Shown here: piece by piece, positions 45,124-55,800 of the stretch
Layout: each line of letters opens with the position of its first letter
Numbering within the stretch: position 1 is the stretch's first letter
Assembly (NCBI GenBank): GCA_034003585.1
Contig: JAVEYH010000003.1
Location: forward strand, 13,523-77,522
Length of the DNA stretch: 64,000 nt
From: Kiritimatiellia bacterium
GTDB lineage: Bacteria > Verrucomicrobiota > Kiritimatiellia > RFP12 > UBA1067
Direction: 5' to 3'
Position numbers and translations under genes: made by a program
The notes under the pieces: generated by a model
The model's database searches: none
Seen by the model: only the letters and a program-made list of their open reading frames with translations
What the model was told of the DNA's origin: nothing

Positions 45124-48100
45124 TCACTCGATTGCCCCGCCGTTCTCCGGTTCGGCCGTCGGCAGGGCGGCCCAGCCGCCGCCCAGCGCCTTGTACACGC
45201 GGATCAGATGCTGGGTGATCGCACCCTCGCTGAGCGTCACCGCCTCTTCGAAAGCGAGCAGCGAACGTTGCGCGTCGAGCACGGCGTTGAAGTCGGCCAA
45301 GCCGTTCGCATACCGATTTTGCGCCAGCGCGACCGCGTCGCGCGCCGCGCGGGCCGCCTTGCGCAGCGCCTCGCAGCGCGCGAACTCGCGTCCGTAAGCC
45401 GCCAAAGCGTCGCGCAGCTCGCGCACCGCCTCGAGCACGGTCTGTTCATAGGCCGCCAGCGCCTGCTCCTGCAGCGCGTTCTGCACCTCGATATTGGCGC
45501 GGATCGAGCCGCCGCGGAAAACCGGCCAGACGACCGACGGGCTGATCCCGAAGAAACGGCTTCCGGACTCGAGGAAAGTCCCCTCTTCCAGCGACTCGAG
45601 ACCGACCGAACCGGTCAGCCGGAAGGTCGGGTACCGGTCCGCCTCGGCCACGCCGACACGGGCCGTCTGTGCGGCCAGCCGCCGTTCGGCGGCGCGCACG
45701 TCCGGACGGCGGCGCAACAGGTCGGCCGGAATGCCCAGCACCACGCGCGGCGCGGCGGCGGGGATCGGCGCGGCGGCCGTCAGGGCGGCATCCAGCTCGC
45801 CCGGCATGATGCCGGTCAGCACCGCCAGCGCGTTGCGCGCAGCCTCCTCCTCGCTCAGCAGACCGGGGATCGAGGCGCGCGTGCGCTCCAGGTTGTAGCG
45901 CGCCTGCTCGACGGCCAGCGCGTCACTGATCCCGGCCTTGGCGCGCGAATCCACCAGGTCAAGCGTGTCCGCCTGCACCGCCAGATTGGTGCGGGCGACC
46001 GCCAGCAGCTGGCGCACGGTCTGAAGCTGCGTGTAGGCGCGCGCGGTTTCCGCCGCCACACTAACCCACACGTTTTCCAATGTCGCGACCTGCGCTTCAA
46101 ACTCTGCCTGGGCGGCCTCGATGGCGCGGCGCCGGCGCCCGAAAAGATCGAGCTCCCAGGAGGCGTCGAACCCCGCCGTGTAGAAGTCGCCTTTGCCCGG
46201 CGCACCCGCGTTGTCGCTGTTGCGGAAGCGGCGGTAGGCGCCGGCGGCGTCCACCTCCGGCAGGAGCCCGGCGCGGCTGATGCCCAGCCGGGCGCGCGCC
46301 TCGCGCAGGCTGGCCACGCCGCCCCGCAGCGTGCGGTTGGCGCACAGCGCGCGGCCCACCAACTGGGTCAGCGCCGGATCGCCGAACACGGTCCACCACG
46401 CGGCGGCCTCCGCGCTGTCGATGGCCGCGCCGCCGATGGCCTGCGGCAACGGCGCGGCAGGCGGCGCATTCTCCGGTACCTGATAATCCGGGCCCACGGC
46501 CCGGCAGCCGGCCAGCAGCGTCAGCAGCACCGCCACCGTCGCGGCCGTCTTCGCCGCCGCCGGGTTCGGCCCGCGCCGGACGAGCCGCTTGATCCATTCA
46601 CGCCAGGTCTGGAAGAAAGCGTAGAGGCCGGGCACCAGGATGATGCCGAACACCGTGGCCGCGATCATGCCCGCGAGGGTGGTGACGCCGATCGCGCGCC
46701 GGCTGGCCGCGCCCGCGCCGGTCGCATACACCATCGGCAGCACGCCCAGCACGAAGGTCAGCGCCGTCATCAGCACCGCGCGGTAACGCTGCCCCGCGCC
46801 CTCGGCCGCCGCGGCCACGATGGGCTCGCCCTCTTCGCGCCGCACCTTGGAAAACTCCACGATCAGGATCGCGTTCTTACTGGCCAGCGCGATCAGCAGG
46901 ATCAGGCCGAGCTGCGCGTAGATGCTGAGCGACATCCCCAGCATTCTCAGCCCGAACAGCGCGCCGGCCATGGCCACGAAGATCGAGAACATCACCGGCA
47001 TCGGGATGGTCCAGCTCTCGTACTGCGCCACCAGGAAGAGATAACCGAAAACCAGCGCCGCGATCATGAGCAGCACCGTCTGCCCCGAGGCGCGCTGCTC
47101 CTGAAAACTCAGCCCCGACCATTCGAACGCGTACTGTTTGGGAAGCGTCCGCTTGGCGACCTCGTTGATCCGCGCCATCACCTCGCCGCTGCTGGCGCCC
47201 GGCACAAGCTGCGCCGTGATGCCCGCGCTCGGGAAGAGGTTGTAGCGCGGATAGAGCCGGGGACCGACCTGATTCTCCAGCGAGACCAGACTGCCCAACG
47301 GCACCATGGCGCCGCGCGAGCTGCGTACGTACAGCTTGAGCGCGTCGTCCGGCGTGCGGCGCCCAGCCCAATCCGACTGGATGATCACCTGGTTGACCTG
47401 CGTGTCCAGATTGACGTCGTTCACATAGAGCGAGCCGAAATAGTTCTGCAGGGTGGAGAACACCTTGGCGACCGGCACATCCAGCATCTCGCATTTGAGC
47501 CGGTCCACGTCCATGCGGATCGAGGGGGTCTTGGCCGTGAACCCGCTGAACGCGAAGAGCACGCCCGGCACACGGTTGATCTCACCCAGGAACTGCTGGA
47601 GCACCGCGTCCAGTTTCGCGGGGTCGCTTTCCGTCAGGGCCTGCAGCCGGATATCGAGCCCGGAGTTCGCGCCCAGACCGGGAATGGAAGGCGGCATGAA
47701 GAAGTTCAGCTCCGCCCCGGTGATGGACGCGCTCCGGCCGCGGATCGTGTTCATGATCGCGGCGGCCTGGAGGTCGGGCGCGTGGCGCTCCGCCCAGTGC
47801 GTCAGCCCGATGATCACGAAGCCCACGCTCTCCGCGCGTCCGCCCATCATGCTGAACCCGGTGATCGCCTGCACGAACTGCACGCCGGGCACGTCGCGGG
47901 CGACATCGCTGACCGCGTACATGATCTCTTCGGTCCGCGCCTTGGCCGCGCCTTCCGGCAGCCGCACATCCGCGAAGACCACCCCCTGGTCCTCATCCGG
48001 CAGAAAGGAGGAGGGCGTCTGCTTGAACCACACCCACGTCAGCAGGATCGTGCTGAAAAGCAGCAGGGCCGTCAGGGTCAGGCGACGGGCCAGAAACACG

Positions 48101-49680
48101 GCAAGGGAGACGTACCCCCGCCGGCTGCGGTCGAGCGTCGCGTTGAACCAGCCGAGCGGTCCGCGGCGGTGCATCTTGGGCGGGTTCAGCATGGTCGCGC
48201 AGATCGCGGGACTGAGGGTCAGCGCGTTGAGCGTCGAGAAACAGATCGCGACCGACATGGTCACCGCGAACTGCTGGTACACCTTGCCGGTGATGCCGGG
48301 AATGAACGCCACCGGCACGAAGATCGCGAGCAGCACCAGCGTCGTGGCGATCACGGCGCCGGTCACCTCTTTCATCGTCAGAGAGGTCGCCGCCTTGCGG
48401 TCCATGCCGCGCGTCTCCATCAGGTACTGCACGCGCTCCACCACCACGATCGCGTCATCCACGATCGACCCGATCGCCAGCACCAGGCCGAAGAGCGTCA
48501 GCGTGTTGATGCTGTACCCGAACGCCTTCATCACCGCGAAGGTGGAGAGCAGCGAAACCGGAATCGTGAGCATCGGCACCAGCGTCGCGCGCCAGTCTTG
48601 CAGGAACAGATAGCAGACGAAAACGACCAGCACGAAGGTCAACAGCAGCGTGGAAACGATCTCGCGGATGCTGGACCGCACGAACTTGGTGGCGTCGTAC
48701 GCGGTCAGCATCTCCATGTCCTCCGGCATGCGTTCGCGCAGGCGCGCCAACTCGCGCTGCACGTCGTCCATCGCCTCGATCGCGTTGCTGCCGGGTTTCT
48801 GCGCGACCGCGATCGACACGGAATCCGCGCCGTTGTAAATGCTGCTGAACCCGTAATTGCTTTCACCCAGCTCAATCTTCGCCACATCCTTGAGCCGGAC
48901 CACGCCGCCCTGTTCTTCGGTGCGGACGACGATCTCGCGGAACTCTTCCGGCTCGTTCAGCCGGCCCTGCGTCTGGAGCGTCAGGACCCGCTTGATCTCG
49001 CCGGGATTGGGCGACACGCCGGCCGAGCCCAGGGCCGCCTGGACGTTCTGACTCTGGATGGCCTGGACCACCGCATCGACGCCCAGGCCCAGCGCGGCCA
49101 GACGTTCGGCGTCGAGCCACACGCGCATGCTGCGCTTGGGCCCGTAGACCGTGGCGTCGCCCACGCCCGGCACGCGCGCGAGCACATTCCGGATGTGGTT
49201 GTAGATATAGTCCGAGAGCGCCAGCCGGTCGAAGGTCCCGTTGGGTGAACGCAGCGTCAGGAAGCCCAGCATGTCCGAAGAGCGCGTGTACACCGAGACG
49301 CCCTGCTTGGTGACCTCTTCCGGCAGCCGCGGCGTGGCCTGCTGCACGCGGTTCTGGACCTTGACCATGTCGAGGTCCAGATTGGTCCCGATCTCAAAGG
49401 TCACCGTCAGGTTGTAGTTGCCGGAATCGTCGCAGTCCGAGGCCATGTACAGCATGTCATCCACGCCGTTGATCTCCTCCTCAAGCGGGATCGCGACCGT
49501 GTTGGCCAGATCGCGCGCGTTGGCCCCCGGGTACCGGGCCCGCACCGAAACCTGGGGCGGCGTCACCTGGGGATACTGCGTGATCGGCAGGGTTTTGACC
49601 GCCAACGCCCCGGCAAGGGTCAGCACGATCGAGATGACCAGCGCGAACCGGGGGCGTTCGATAAAGACATCCGAGATCAT
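45124..49680 (-). CDS. RND multidrug efflux permease (AcrB/MexB-like, approx. 1040 aa) fused in-frame to an outer-membrane factor lipoprotein (OprM/NodT-like, approx. 470 aa)
   Basis: Full 12-TM AcrB architecture, then ...[46 protein letters not shown] (lipobox LAGC), then an OMF region. No stop codon separates them and no in-frame ATG/GTG/TTG start lies near the OMF signal peptide. Confidence 0.8.
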   Translation of the reverse strand: MISDVFIERPRFALVISIVLTLAGALAVKTLPITQYPQVTPPQVSVRARYPGANARDLANTVAIPLEEEINGVDDMLYMASDCDDSGNYNLTVTFEIGTNLDLDMVKVQNRVQQATPRLPEEVTKQGVSVYTRSSDMLGFLTLRSPNGTFDRLALSDYIYNHIRNVLARVPGVGDATVYGPKRSMRVWLDAERLAALGLGVDAVVQAIQSQNVQAALGSAGVSPNPGEIKRVLTLQTQGRLNEPEEFREIVVRTEEQGGVVRLKDVAKIELGESNYGFSSIYNGADSVSIAVAQKPGSNAIEAMDDVQRELARLRERMPEDMEMLTAYDATKFVRSSIREIVSTLLLTFVLVVFVCYLFLQDWRATLVPMLTIPVSLLSTFAVMKAFGYSINTLTLFGLVLAIGSIVDDAIVVVERVQYLMETRGMDRKAATSLTMKEVTGAVIATTLVLLAIFVPVAFIPGITGKVYQQFAVTMSVAICFSTLNALTLSPAICATMLNPPKMHRRGPLGWFNATLDRSRRGYVSLAVFLARRLTLTALLLFSTILLTWVWFKQTPSSFLPDEDQGVVFADVRLPEGAAKARTEEIMYAVSDVARDVPGVQFVQAITGFSMMGGRAESVGFVIIGLTHWAERHAPDLQAAAIMNTIRGRSASITGAELNFFMPPSIPGLGANSGLDIRLQALTESDPAKLDAVLQQFLGEINRVPGVLFAFSGFTAKTPSIRMDVDRLKCEMLDVPVAKVFSTLQNYFGSLYVNDVNLDTQVNQVIIQSDWAGRRTPDDALKLYVRSSRGAMVPLGSLVSLENQVGPRLYPRYNLFPSAGITAQLVPGASSGEVMARINEVAKRTLPKQYAFEWSGLSFQEQRASGQTVLLMIAALVFGYLFLVAQYESWTIPMPVMFSIFVAMAGALFGLRMLGMSLSIYAQLGLILLIALASKNAILIVEFSKVRREEGEPIVAAAAEGAGQRYRAVLMTALTFVLGVLPMVYATGAGAASRRAIGVTTLAGMIAATVFGIILVPGLYAFFQTWREWIKRLVRRGPNPAAAKTAATVAVLLTLLAGCRAVGPDYQVPENAPPAAPLPQAIGGAAIDSAEAAAWWTVFGDPALTQLVGRALCANRTLRGGVASLREARARLGISRAGLLPEVDAAGAYRRFRNSDNAGAPGKGDFYTAGFDASWELDLFGRRRRAIEAAQAEFEAQVATLENVWVSVAAETARAYTQLQTVRQLLAVARTNLAVQADTLDLVDSRAKAGISDALAVEQARYNLERTRASIPGLLSEEEAARNALAVLTGIMPGELDAALTAAAPIPAAAPRVVLGIPADLLRRRPDVRAAERRLAAQTARVGVAEADRYPTFRLTGSVGLESLEEGTFLESGSRFFGISPSVVWPVFRGGSIRANIEVQNALQEQALAAYEQTVLEAVRELRDALAAYGREFARCEALRKAARAARDAVALAQNRYANGLADFNAVLDAQRSLLAFEEAVTLSEGAITQHLIRVYKALGGGWAALPTAEPENGGAIE

Positions 49681-50888
49681 TTCCGGGGGGCCTCCTTCGC
49701 CGCCGCGACCTTCACCGGCTGTCCGGGAATCACCTTTTGAACGCCTTGCACCACCACGCGCTCTCCCGGCTTGACACCAGACCGCACCGCGACGCGCCCG
49801 TCCGCCATCGCGCCGGTGGAGACGGGACGGCGCTGCGCGACCTCGGCATCATCGACCACATAGACAAAGCTTCCCTCGCGGTCGGTCAGCAGCGCCTCCT
49901 GCGGCACCACCGGGAGCTTCGGCGCGTCGGCGAGATCGACCAGCACGGTCACATACCCGTCCGGCACCAGCAGCCCCCGCGCGTTGGGAAACCGCGCGCG
50001 CACCGACAGGGTCGCCGTATCGGCCGACATCGTGTTGTCCTCGAAATCGCGCGCGCCGACCGTGTCCGACACGGTGCCGGTGGGCAGGCGGTACCGGATG
50101 CGCAGCGCATCCCGCACCCGTTCCGTGCCGTGCCGCTCGATCGCCCGGAGATAGTCCTTGTCGGTCACCGAAAAGGCCACGCGGATGGGGTCCGTCTGCA
50201 CGATCCGCACCAGCGGCCCCAGCGACGGCGCGACGTAATCGCCCACGTTGGCGACGGTCCGGCCGATGCGCCCGCCGATCGGGGCGGTCATCCGCGTGTG
50301 CTTGAGGTCGATTTCCGCCAGCGCCAGATTCGCCACCGCCTGCTTCACCGCCGCGCGTCCCTGCGCCACATCGCTGCGCGCGGTGTCGAGGTCCGTCTGG
50401 GTGATGGCGCGCGCGTCCGACTGCTCCAGCCGCCGCAGATAACGCTCGGCCCGGTCGAGCGCCGCTTCGGCCTGACCGATTTCCGCCTTGCGCACCGCAA
50501 CCCGCGCCTCGTACTGCTCCGGATCGATGGTGAAGAGCAGATCACCGGCCCGGACCAGCGCCCCCTCCCTGAAATGCACCTGCTTGACATATCCGTCGAT
50601 CTGCGCGCGCAACTCGACATCCTGGATCGGCTCGACCCGTCCGATATAGGCTTCGGGCGGATTCAGCGCGGCCTCCCCCACTGTCCGGACCTCCACCGGC
50701 GGCGGCCCGCCTGCCCCGCCCATCATCGCCGCCATCGGCGGCGGTCCGCCCGCCGGCTTCTGCGGCGCCAGCGCGCGCGCCATCCACCCCAGCCACACCA
50801 GACAGACGGCGGTCACCCCCCACCCCAGGACCTTGACCGCGGGATGTTCCCGCTTTTCCGCTTTCGCTTTCTCCAACTCTTCGCTCAT
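49677..50888 (-). CDS. RND efflux periplasmic adaptor (membrane fusion protein, AcrA/MexA family)
   Basis: N-terminal TM anchor and an HlyD/biotinyl-lipoyl-like fold. Its stop overlaps the RND start (ATGA). Confidence 0.85.
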   Translation of the reverse strand: MSEELEKAKAEKREHPAVKVLGWGVTAVCLVWLGWMARALAPQKPAGGPPPMAAMMGGAGGPPPVEVRTVGEAALNPPEAYIGRVEPIQDVELRAQIDGYVKQVHFREGALVRAGDLLFTIDPEQYEARVAVRKAEIGQAEAALDRAERYLRRLEQSDARAITQTDLDTARSDVAQGRAAVKQAVANLALAEIDLKHTRMTAPIGGRIGRTVANVGDYVAPSLGPLVRIVQTDPIRVAFSVTDKDYLRAIERHGTERVRDALRIRYRLPTGTVSDTVGARDFEDNTMSADTATLSVRARFPNARGLLVPDGYVTVLVDLADAPKLPVVPQEALLTDREGSFVYVVDDAEVAQRRPVSTGAMADGRVAVRSGVKPGERVVVQGVQKVIPGQPVKVAAAKEAPRK

Positions 50889-50918
50889 ATACGGAACCCT
50901 TTCCCAAACAAAAATCCG

Positions 50919-51536
50919 TCACGTTCTCACACGATTCCAAACCGCCTCGAACCCCAACCGGAGCGCGCGCTCCAAGTCCGTTTCCAGACAATGCGCGATC
51001 TCCTGCTCCACCAGCCCCAGCCAGATCACCATCACGACCGACGACACCGCCGCCAGATCCGTGTCGGGACGGACCGCCCCTACGCTTCGCATGCCCTCCA
51101 GCGCCGAAAAGACGATGGCGTACGGCATGGTCGACATCCGGCGTATCCGCTGATGCACCGGCACGAACTGGGAGGAGGACCAGTCAAGCCGCCTCACCAT
51201 CAGAAAAAAACGGCGGTGAGTCGGCGAATCCACAATCAGACGCGCGCGCCGCACAAAGTAGTCCGTCAGCGCCTCCAGCGAATCCAACGAGGCCGGATGC
51301 GACAGCGTGCTCGCCAACTGGGCGGTGTGCCGCTCCGTCATGAACACGACCAGTTCCGCGAGCAGTTCCGGCTTGTTCTTGAAATGCCAATAAACCGCGC
51401 CCTTGGTCAGGCCGATGTGCCGCGCCACGTCATCGAACGTCGTCCGCTCATACCCGGCCTCCACAAACAGCTTGAGCGCGGCCTTCAAAATCCGGCGGCG
51501 CGTTTTCTCTGCCTCTGCCTTGGTTTTCCGCGCCAT
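50919..51536 (-). CDS. TetR/AcrR-family transcriptional regulator
   Basis: HTH region ...KTRRRILKAALKLFVEAGYERTTFDDVARHIGLTKGAVYWHFKNK. Start chosen at MARKTKAEAEK. Confidence 0.85.
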   Translation of the reverse strand: MARKTKAEAEKTRRRILKAALKLFVEAGYERTTFDDVARHIGLTKGAVYWHFKNKPELLAELVVFMTERHTAQLASTLSHPASLDSLEALTDYFVRRARLIVDSPTHRRFFLMVRRLDWSSSQFVPVHQRIRRMSTMPYAIVFSALEGMRSVGAVRPDTDLAAVSSVVMVIWLGLVEQEIAHCLETDLERALRLGFEAVWNRVRT

Positions 51537-51572
51537 GCCTCCCCTTTCCTTCCCAAATGGACGCACAGTATA

Positions 51573-51592
51573 CATACCTACGGGTAGGTATG
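51573..51592. promoter_or_regulatory. perfect 9-2-9 palindrome CATACCTAC-GG-GTAGGTATG, candidate TetR operator about 37 bp upstream of the tetR-family gene start
   Basis: Read directly. Confidence 0.55.
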
Positions 51593-51816
51593 CAAGCCCG
51601 ATTCCGCACCCGTTTCACAACGGGGACAAACAAGGGGTGTGAGCCGCGGTTCCCGCAACTCCCGGCGCAAAACCAAGAAAGGTACGCCACCTTTTTCATG
51701 CATTATCGCGTGGAAGCCGCCAAGACTGTTTTTTGCCGCGCGGCGTTTGATTCACGCTGCGGGGCCGGGCACAGAAAGCAGGCGTGTTGGCCGAATCGCA
51801 CCACCTACCGCCCGTC

Positions 51817-54639
51817 CTACCGCATCATCGCGCCCAGTCGCATGGCGTGCTCCAGCCACGCCCGGCTGTCGCCTTTTCCGGCCAGCGCGATCACATGCGC
51901 CGGCTGCCGCAGCGTGAAGCGCTCGCCCGGCGCGACCGTGACCGCCTCTTTCCACTCCAGCCGCGCGTCCGGATGCTGCCCACCCTGCGGGTCGAACCAG
52001 AAGGCAACGTCCACGCCCCCCGTCAGCGGCGCGACTGCCCCAAAATAACGGCCGCCCTCCGCCTCCATCCAACACCCCGAAGGCGGCATGCCCCACAAGT
52101 TGGGCGGCAATTCCTCCGGCGTCTTGCGGAATGCGTTGTAGAGGCGGAAATAGAAGCCCTTCACCCGCAAAGGGTGTTCCCCCGCGTTGCGCGCGCTGAC
52201 CGCCTCCGCGACAAACCACGGCACGCCCGGCGGCAGATAGAGCCGATGCGTGATCTCCATACGGTCGCTGCCGTGCGACCCTTCGCCGGTAATGTCGATC
52301 ACGGCGACCCCCTCCTCTACCCGGCCCTCCACCGCACGCACGGTGTGGATGTCGTTCCAGCGGAATTGTCCGCCCGCATCGAGCGTCTGCAGCATGGCCG
52401 TGTAACAGCCGAGCGAAGGCTCGGCATCGTCCAGTGTCACGCGCTCGACCATCCGCCGACCGCCCACGCGGCCGGTCAGCACGATGCGCCCGTTCGTCGC
52501 GCGGAATCTTTCGCCCGCGCGCGTGAACGTTGCGGGAGCCTCTCCGGCACGGCCGCGGCGCGCCACCTGCAGCGGGGATGACGGCGGCGTGCGCACGAGC
52601 GCTCGGGGCGCAGGCACCGGACGGCAGCGCCACGCCGCCACCTCGCGGTGCAGTTCTTCGAACATGGCGGTGATCAGCGGATGCGGCACGTCCTCCTCGG
52701 TGACAAGCCCGTAGTTGGAATCCTCCGGGAACGGCGTGCTGATGCCCAGCGCGGGCTGGTCCACCCACATGAAATAATCATACCCCAGCAGGAACGGCTG
52801 GCTCAGCATCGTGCGCGCGAAAAGGCTCGTCGCCTGCGTGCGCTCGGCCTGCGTGCGGAAACGCTGCCCCGCGCCATGCACGCTCGGCACCCCGGCATCG
52901 AGCGCGGGGAACGACCATTCGGTGATCAGCATCGGACGCCGGACATAGTCATAAAACCGTTGGAAATGCTCGGGAACCGGTTCGCCCCCCTGACCCAGAT
53001 ACGTGTAGACGCGTCCCTCGTCCAGATCCGCCATCGGGTAGACGTTGAAGGTCACAACGTCGCAGAAGGTGCCTGAAACCTTCCACACCTCCGGATGCGC
53101 GCCGCCCGTACCGGCAAAGCGCGCGCCCAGCACCAGATGGTTCGGGTCGACCGCGCGGATGGCGCGCGCCGTAACCGAAAAATAGCGCTCCGCCGCATGC
53201 ACCAGAAACGCCAGCTTCGCCGCGCGCGCCTCATCGGTCGCGTGCGGCAGCCGCTCAAGGACGAGCAGTTCGTCAAAGTTTTTCGCCTGCGTGCCGAACG
53301 CAGCGTTGAACGCCGCGATCTTCCCGCCGAAGCGCGCAGACATCAAGGCTATCAGCGCGCGCTTGGCCGTATGTTCCGGACCTTTTTTCATCACGGCGTC
53401 AAAAAGACCGGTGTCCGACGCGCCCCGCCCCCACCACGCCAGTTCGTTGTCGATGAAATAGCCGAACAGCCAAGGGTCATCGCGGTACGGCTGGCAGCGC
53501 GTCCGCGCCACATACCGGCAGTAGGCTTCGAAGTCCGGATGAAAGACATTCGGGAAGGCCGAGCACGGCCGCCGCTCGTTCGGCGTGATCTCGTACTCGT
53601 CGCCCAGCGTCGCAAGATGCGAGCCGATGTTGAGGAACTCGGTGTGCACCAGTCCGCGGTGCTTGAGCCCCGACGAACAGCCCGCACCGAGCATGTTGAA
53701 GCCCCACTTTTTCAGGCGGCCCAGCGTCTCGCGCTCCCACTCGGCCTGATCGGCATACTTCTCCTTGTTTTTGCGGCCGTAGGGCGCATAGCCGAGCTTT
53801 TCACACCAATGGCCATGATAGGAAACGTGATCCACGCCCAGCAGCACCAGGCCGCGACCCAGCGGATCGATCGTCCACCAGCGTCCGTCCGGCTTCTTGA
53901 CCACGCGGAAAAACCCGGTCGCCTCGTCCCGCACTTCCGACACGCCGTTCGCCACGTCAAAAGCCGGCACGCTCTGCTGTGCCGCGGCCTGTTCAGTGGC
54001 GGGCTGCGCCCACGCCGCGCGCACCGCGCTGTAAGTGCCAGTGATCCCTGACACGCGAAGCGCGGGGCGTCCGGACCGGACCGCCGCGGCTGTGAAGGTA
54101 AAGCGCCGACGCAGGATCAACCGCCCGTCGGGCGCGAGGATCGTGCCGGTGACGCCGCCCGCATCCATGCTGAGTGTCAGGCGATGGGGCTGTCCGAACG
54201 TCCACGGCACCGCCGGTGCCTCATTGATCTCCATCTTCAGATTGTGCTGCGCCAGCCACTCACCGTCACGCATTTCGCACAGCTCCACCATCTGGCGCAA
54301 ACCGTTTTCCGGCGGCATCTGCACCAGCGCCAGATGCCAGAAATTCTCAGAGTCCGCCATGATCGCTACTGCGGCGACATTCCAGCCGAGGCTCTGCGCC
54401 TTTTGCGGCGTGAAAAACGCCTCGACTGTGACGTGGGCGGCGAGCGGTGCCGCCTCATACACAGCGATGCCGTGCCCGTTGGTGGTGGCGCACTCGACCT
54501 GGTCCGGCCGGAAACGCCACACCAACGGATTGCCGAACCACCCCTCGCCGCCGGTCGGCAGCGCCGCCAGCTCCGCGCCTGACGATCCCACGGCCGCCGC
54601 CAGCAACATCATCCATCCCGCCGCGCCTATCTGTCTCAT
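51817..54639 (-). CDS. large secreted glycoside hydrolase-like protein (TIM-barrel GH core with flanking beta-sandwich domains); family not resolved
   Basis: Signal peptide MRQIGAAGWMMLLAAAVGSSGA. The core segment ...FGYFIDNELAWW... looks like a GH5/GH42-type cellulase-like region. Confidence 0.55.
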   Translation of the reverse strand: MRQIGAAGWMMLLAAAVGSSGAELAALPTGGEGWFGNPLVWRFRPDQVECATTNGHGIAVYEAAPLAAHVTVEAFFTPQKAQSLGWNVAAVAIMADSENFWHLALVQMPPENGLRQMVELCEMRDGEWLAQHNLKMEINEAPAVPWTFGQPHRLTLSMDAGGVTGTILAPDGRLILRRRFTFTAAAVRSGRPALRVSGITGTYSAVRAAWAQPATEQAAAQQSVPAFDVANGVSEVRDEATGFFRVVKKPDGRWWTIDPLGRGLVLLGVDHVSYHGHWCEKLGYAPYGRKNKEKYADQAEWERETLGRLKKWGFNMLGAGCSSGLKHRGLVHTEFLNIGSHLATLGDEYEITPNERRPCSAFPNVFHPDFEAYCRYVARTRCQPYRDDPWLFGYFIDNELAWWGRGASDTGLFDAVMKKGPEHTAKRALIALMSARFGGKIAAFNAAFGTQAKNFDELLVLERLPHATDEARAAKLAFLVHAAERYFSVTARAIRAVDPNHLVLGARFAGTGGAHPEVWKVSGTFCDVVTFNVYPMADLDEGRVYTYLGQGGEPVPEHFQRFYDYVRRPMLITEWSFPALDAGVPSVHGAGQRFRTQAERTQATSLFARTMLSQPFLLGYDYFMWVDQPALGISTPFPEDSNYGLVTEEDVPHPLITAMFEELHREVAAWRCRPVPAPRALVRTPPSSPLQVARRGRAGEAPATFTRAGERFRATNGRIVLTGRVGGRRMVERVTLDDAEPSLGCYTAMLQTLDAGGQFRWNDIHTVRAVEGRVEEGVAVIDITGEGSHGSDRMEITHRLYLPPGVPWFVAEAVSARNAGEHPLRVKGFYFRLYNAFRKTPEELPPNLWGMPPSGCWMEAEGGRYFGAVAPLTGGVDVAFWFDPQGGQHPDARLEWKEAVTVAPGERFTLRQPAHVIALAGKGDSRAWLEHAMRLGAMMR

Positions 54640-54818
54640 CGTGTTTCTCGCATGTGACCTTGTTCGTCGATAATCCGTACAACACATGACCGTTTCTCGC
54701 GTTTCGTTTTATCTCATGATTTTTTCATTTTGACAAGGCGAACCATTACAGGCCGGCAAGCTCGGGCTTTTTGCCTTTTCCACACAGGCCCGGCGTGCTA
54801 TGCTGACGCCGATTCGAT

Positions 54819-55772
54819 ATGGCAAAGAAAAAAACACGCACGTTATACCGACGCCTGCGGCGCCCGTTCGAGTGGTGCGCCGTGTGGGTGGCGCTGGCCG
54901 TGATCCCGCGCCTTTCGTTGCGACGGCTGCTCCGTCTCTCCCGCTGGATCGCGGATGCCGCTTGGCTTTTCGACTGCCGCGGCACGGCGATCGCCCGGGC
55001 GAATCTTGCGGTCATGTTCGGGACCCGCATGACGCCGCGCCGCGAGCGCGCGCTCATCCGCGGCGCCTACCGCAACATGGCGCGGGTGCTGGTGAACGTG
55101 TTCTGGCTCTCCCGCGACGCGCGCGCGCGCGTGCTGGATCAGGTCGCGTTCGATCCGTCCGTGCTGGAGATTCTGCGCGCGGCGCACCCCGCCATCACGG
55201 TGAGCGCCCACTTCGGCAACTGGGAGATCCTCTCCCAGGCCTGCGTGGCGCACGGCATCCCGATGATGTCGGTCGCCAAAGAAATCGGCTCCCCCGAAAT
55301 GACCGCCCATCTGATCCGCCTGCGCTCGACCCTCGGCCAGGAGATCGTGCCGGCGGAAGGCGCGATCCGCCCGCTGATTTCGGCGCTGCGGCAGGGCAAA
55401 TCAATCGGGCTGCTGATCGACCAGCACACCCACCTTTGGGAGGGCGGCGCCTGGGTCTCGCTCTTCGGCATCCCGGCAGGCATCTCCCTGACGCCCGCCG
55501 CCCTCGCGCTCAAGCTGAACCGCCCGGTGCTCTTCGCCTGGTCCCGTCCGCTGCATGACGGACGTTACCGCATCGAGCCGGGCGAGCTGTTTTTGTCCGA
55601 ACCCGGCCTCGACGCCGCGGCCCTCACCCAGCGGATCGCCGCCGCGTTTGAGCGGGTGATCCGCAAACACCCCTCCTTCTGGTGCCTGAACTACCGCCGG
55701 TGGCGGTACATCCGGAACGGCGACGACCCCGCGCGCTACCCGGTTTACGCGCGGCCGGAACGCGCCCGCTGA
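54819..55772 (+). CDS. lipid A biosynthesis lauroyl/myristoyl acyltransferase (LpxL/LpxM family)
   Basis: N-terminal TM helix. HX4D/E acyltransferase motif HFGNWE. Typical LpxL length. Confidence 0.75.
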   Translation: MAKKKTRTLYRRLRRPFEWCAVWVALAVIPRLSLRRLLRLSRWIADAAWLFDCRGTAIARANLAVMFGTRMTPRRERALIRGAYRNMARVLVNVFWLSRDARARVLDQVAFDPSVLEILRAAHPAITVSAHFGNWEILSQACVAHGIPMMSVAKEIGSPEMTAHLIRLRSTLGQEIVPAEGAIRPLISALRQGKSIGLLIDQHTHLWEGGAWVSLFGIPAGISLTPAALALKLNRPVLFAWSRPLHDGRYRIEPGELFLSEPGLDAAALTQRIAAAFERVIRKHPSFWCLNYRRWRYIRNGDDPARYPVYARPERAR

Positions 55773-55800
55773 GCGCGCCCCGGCCGTGCGTCACGCGGCC

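Noticed and set aside
44752-49248. 1498-aa plus-strand ORF antisense to the RND-OMF gene
   Set aside because: The minus strand encodes an unmistakable AcrB-family transporter. The antisense translation is R/G/H/Q-rich.
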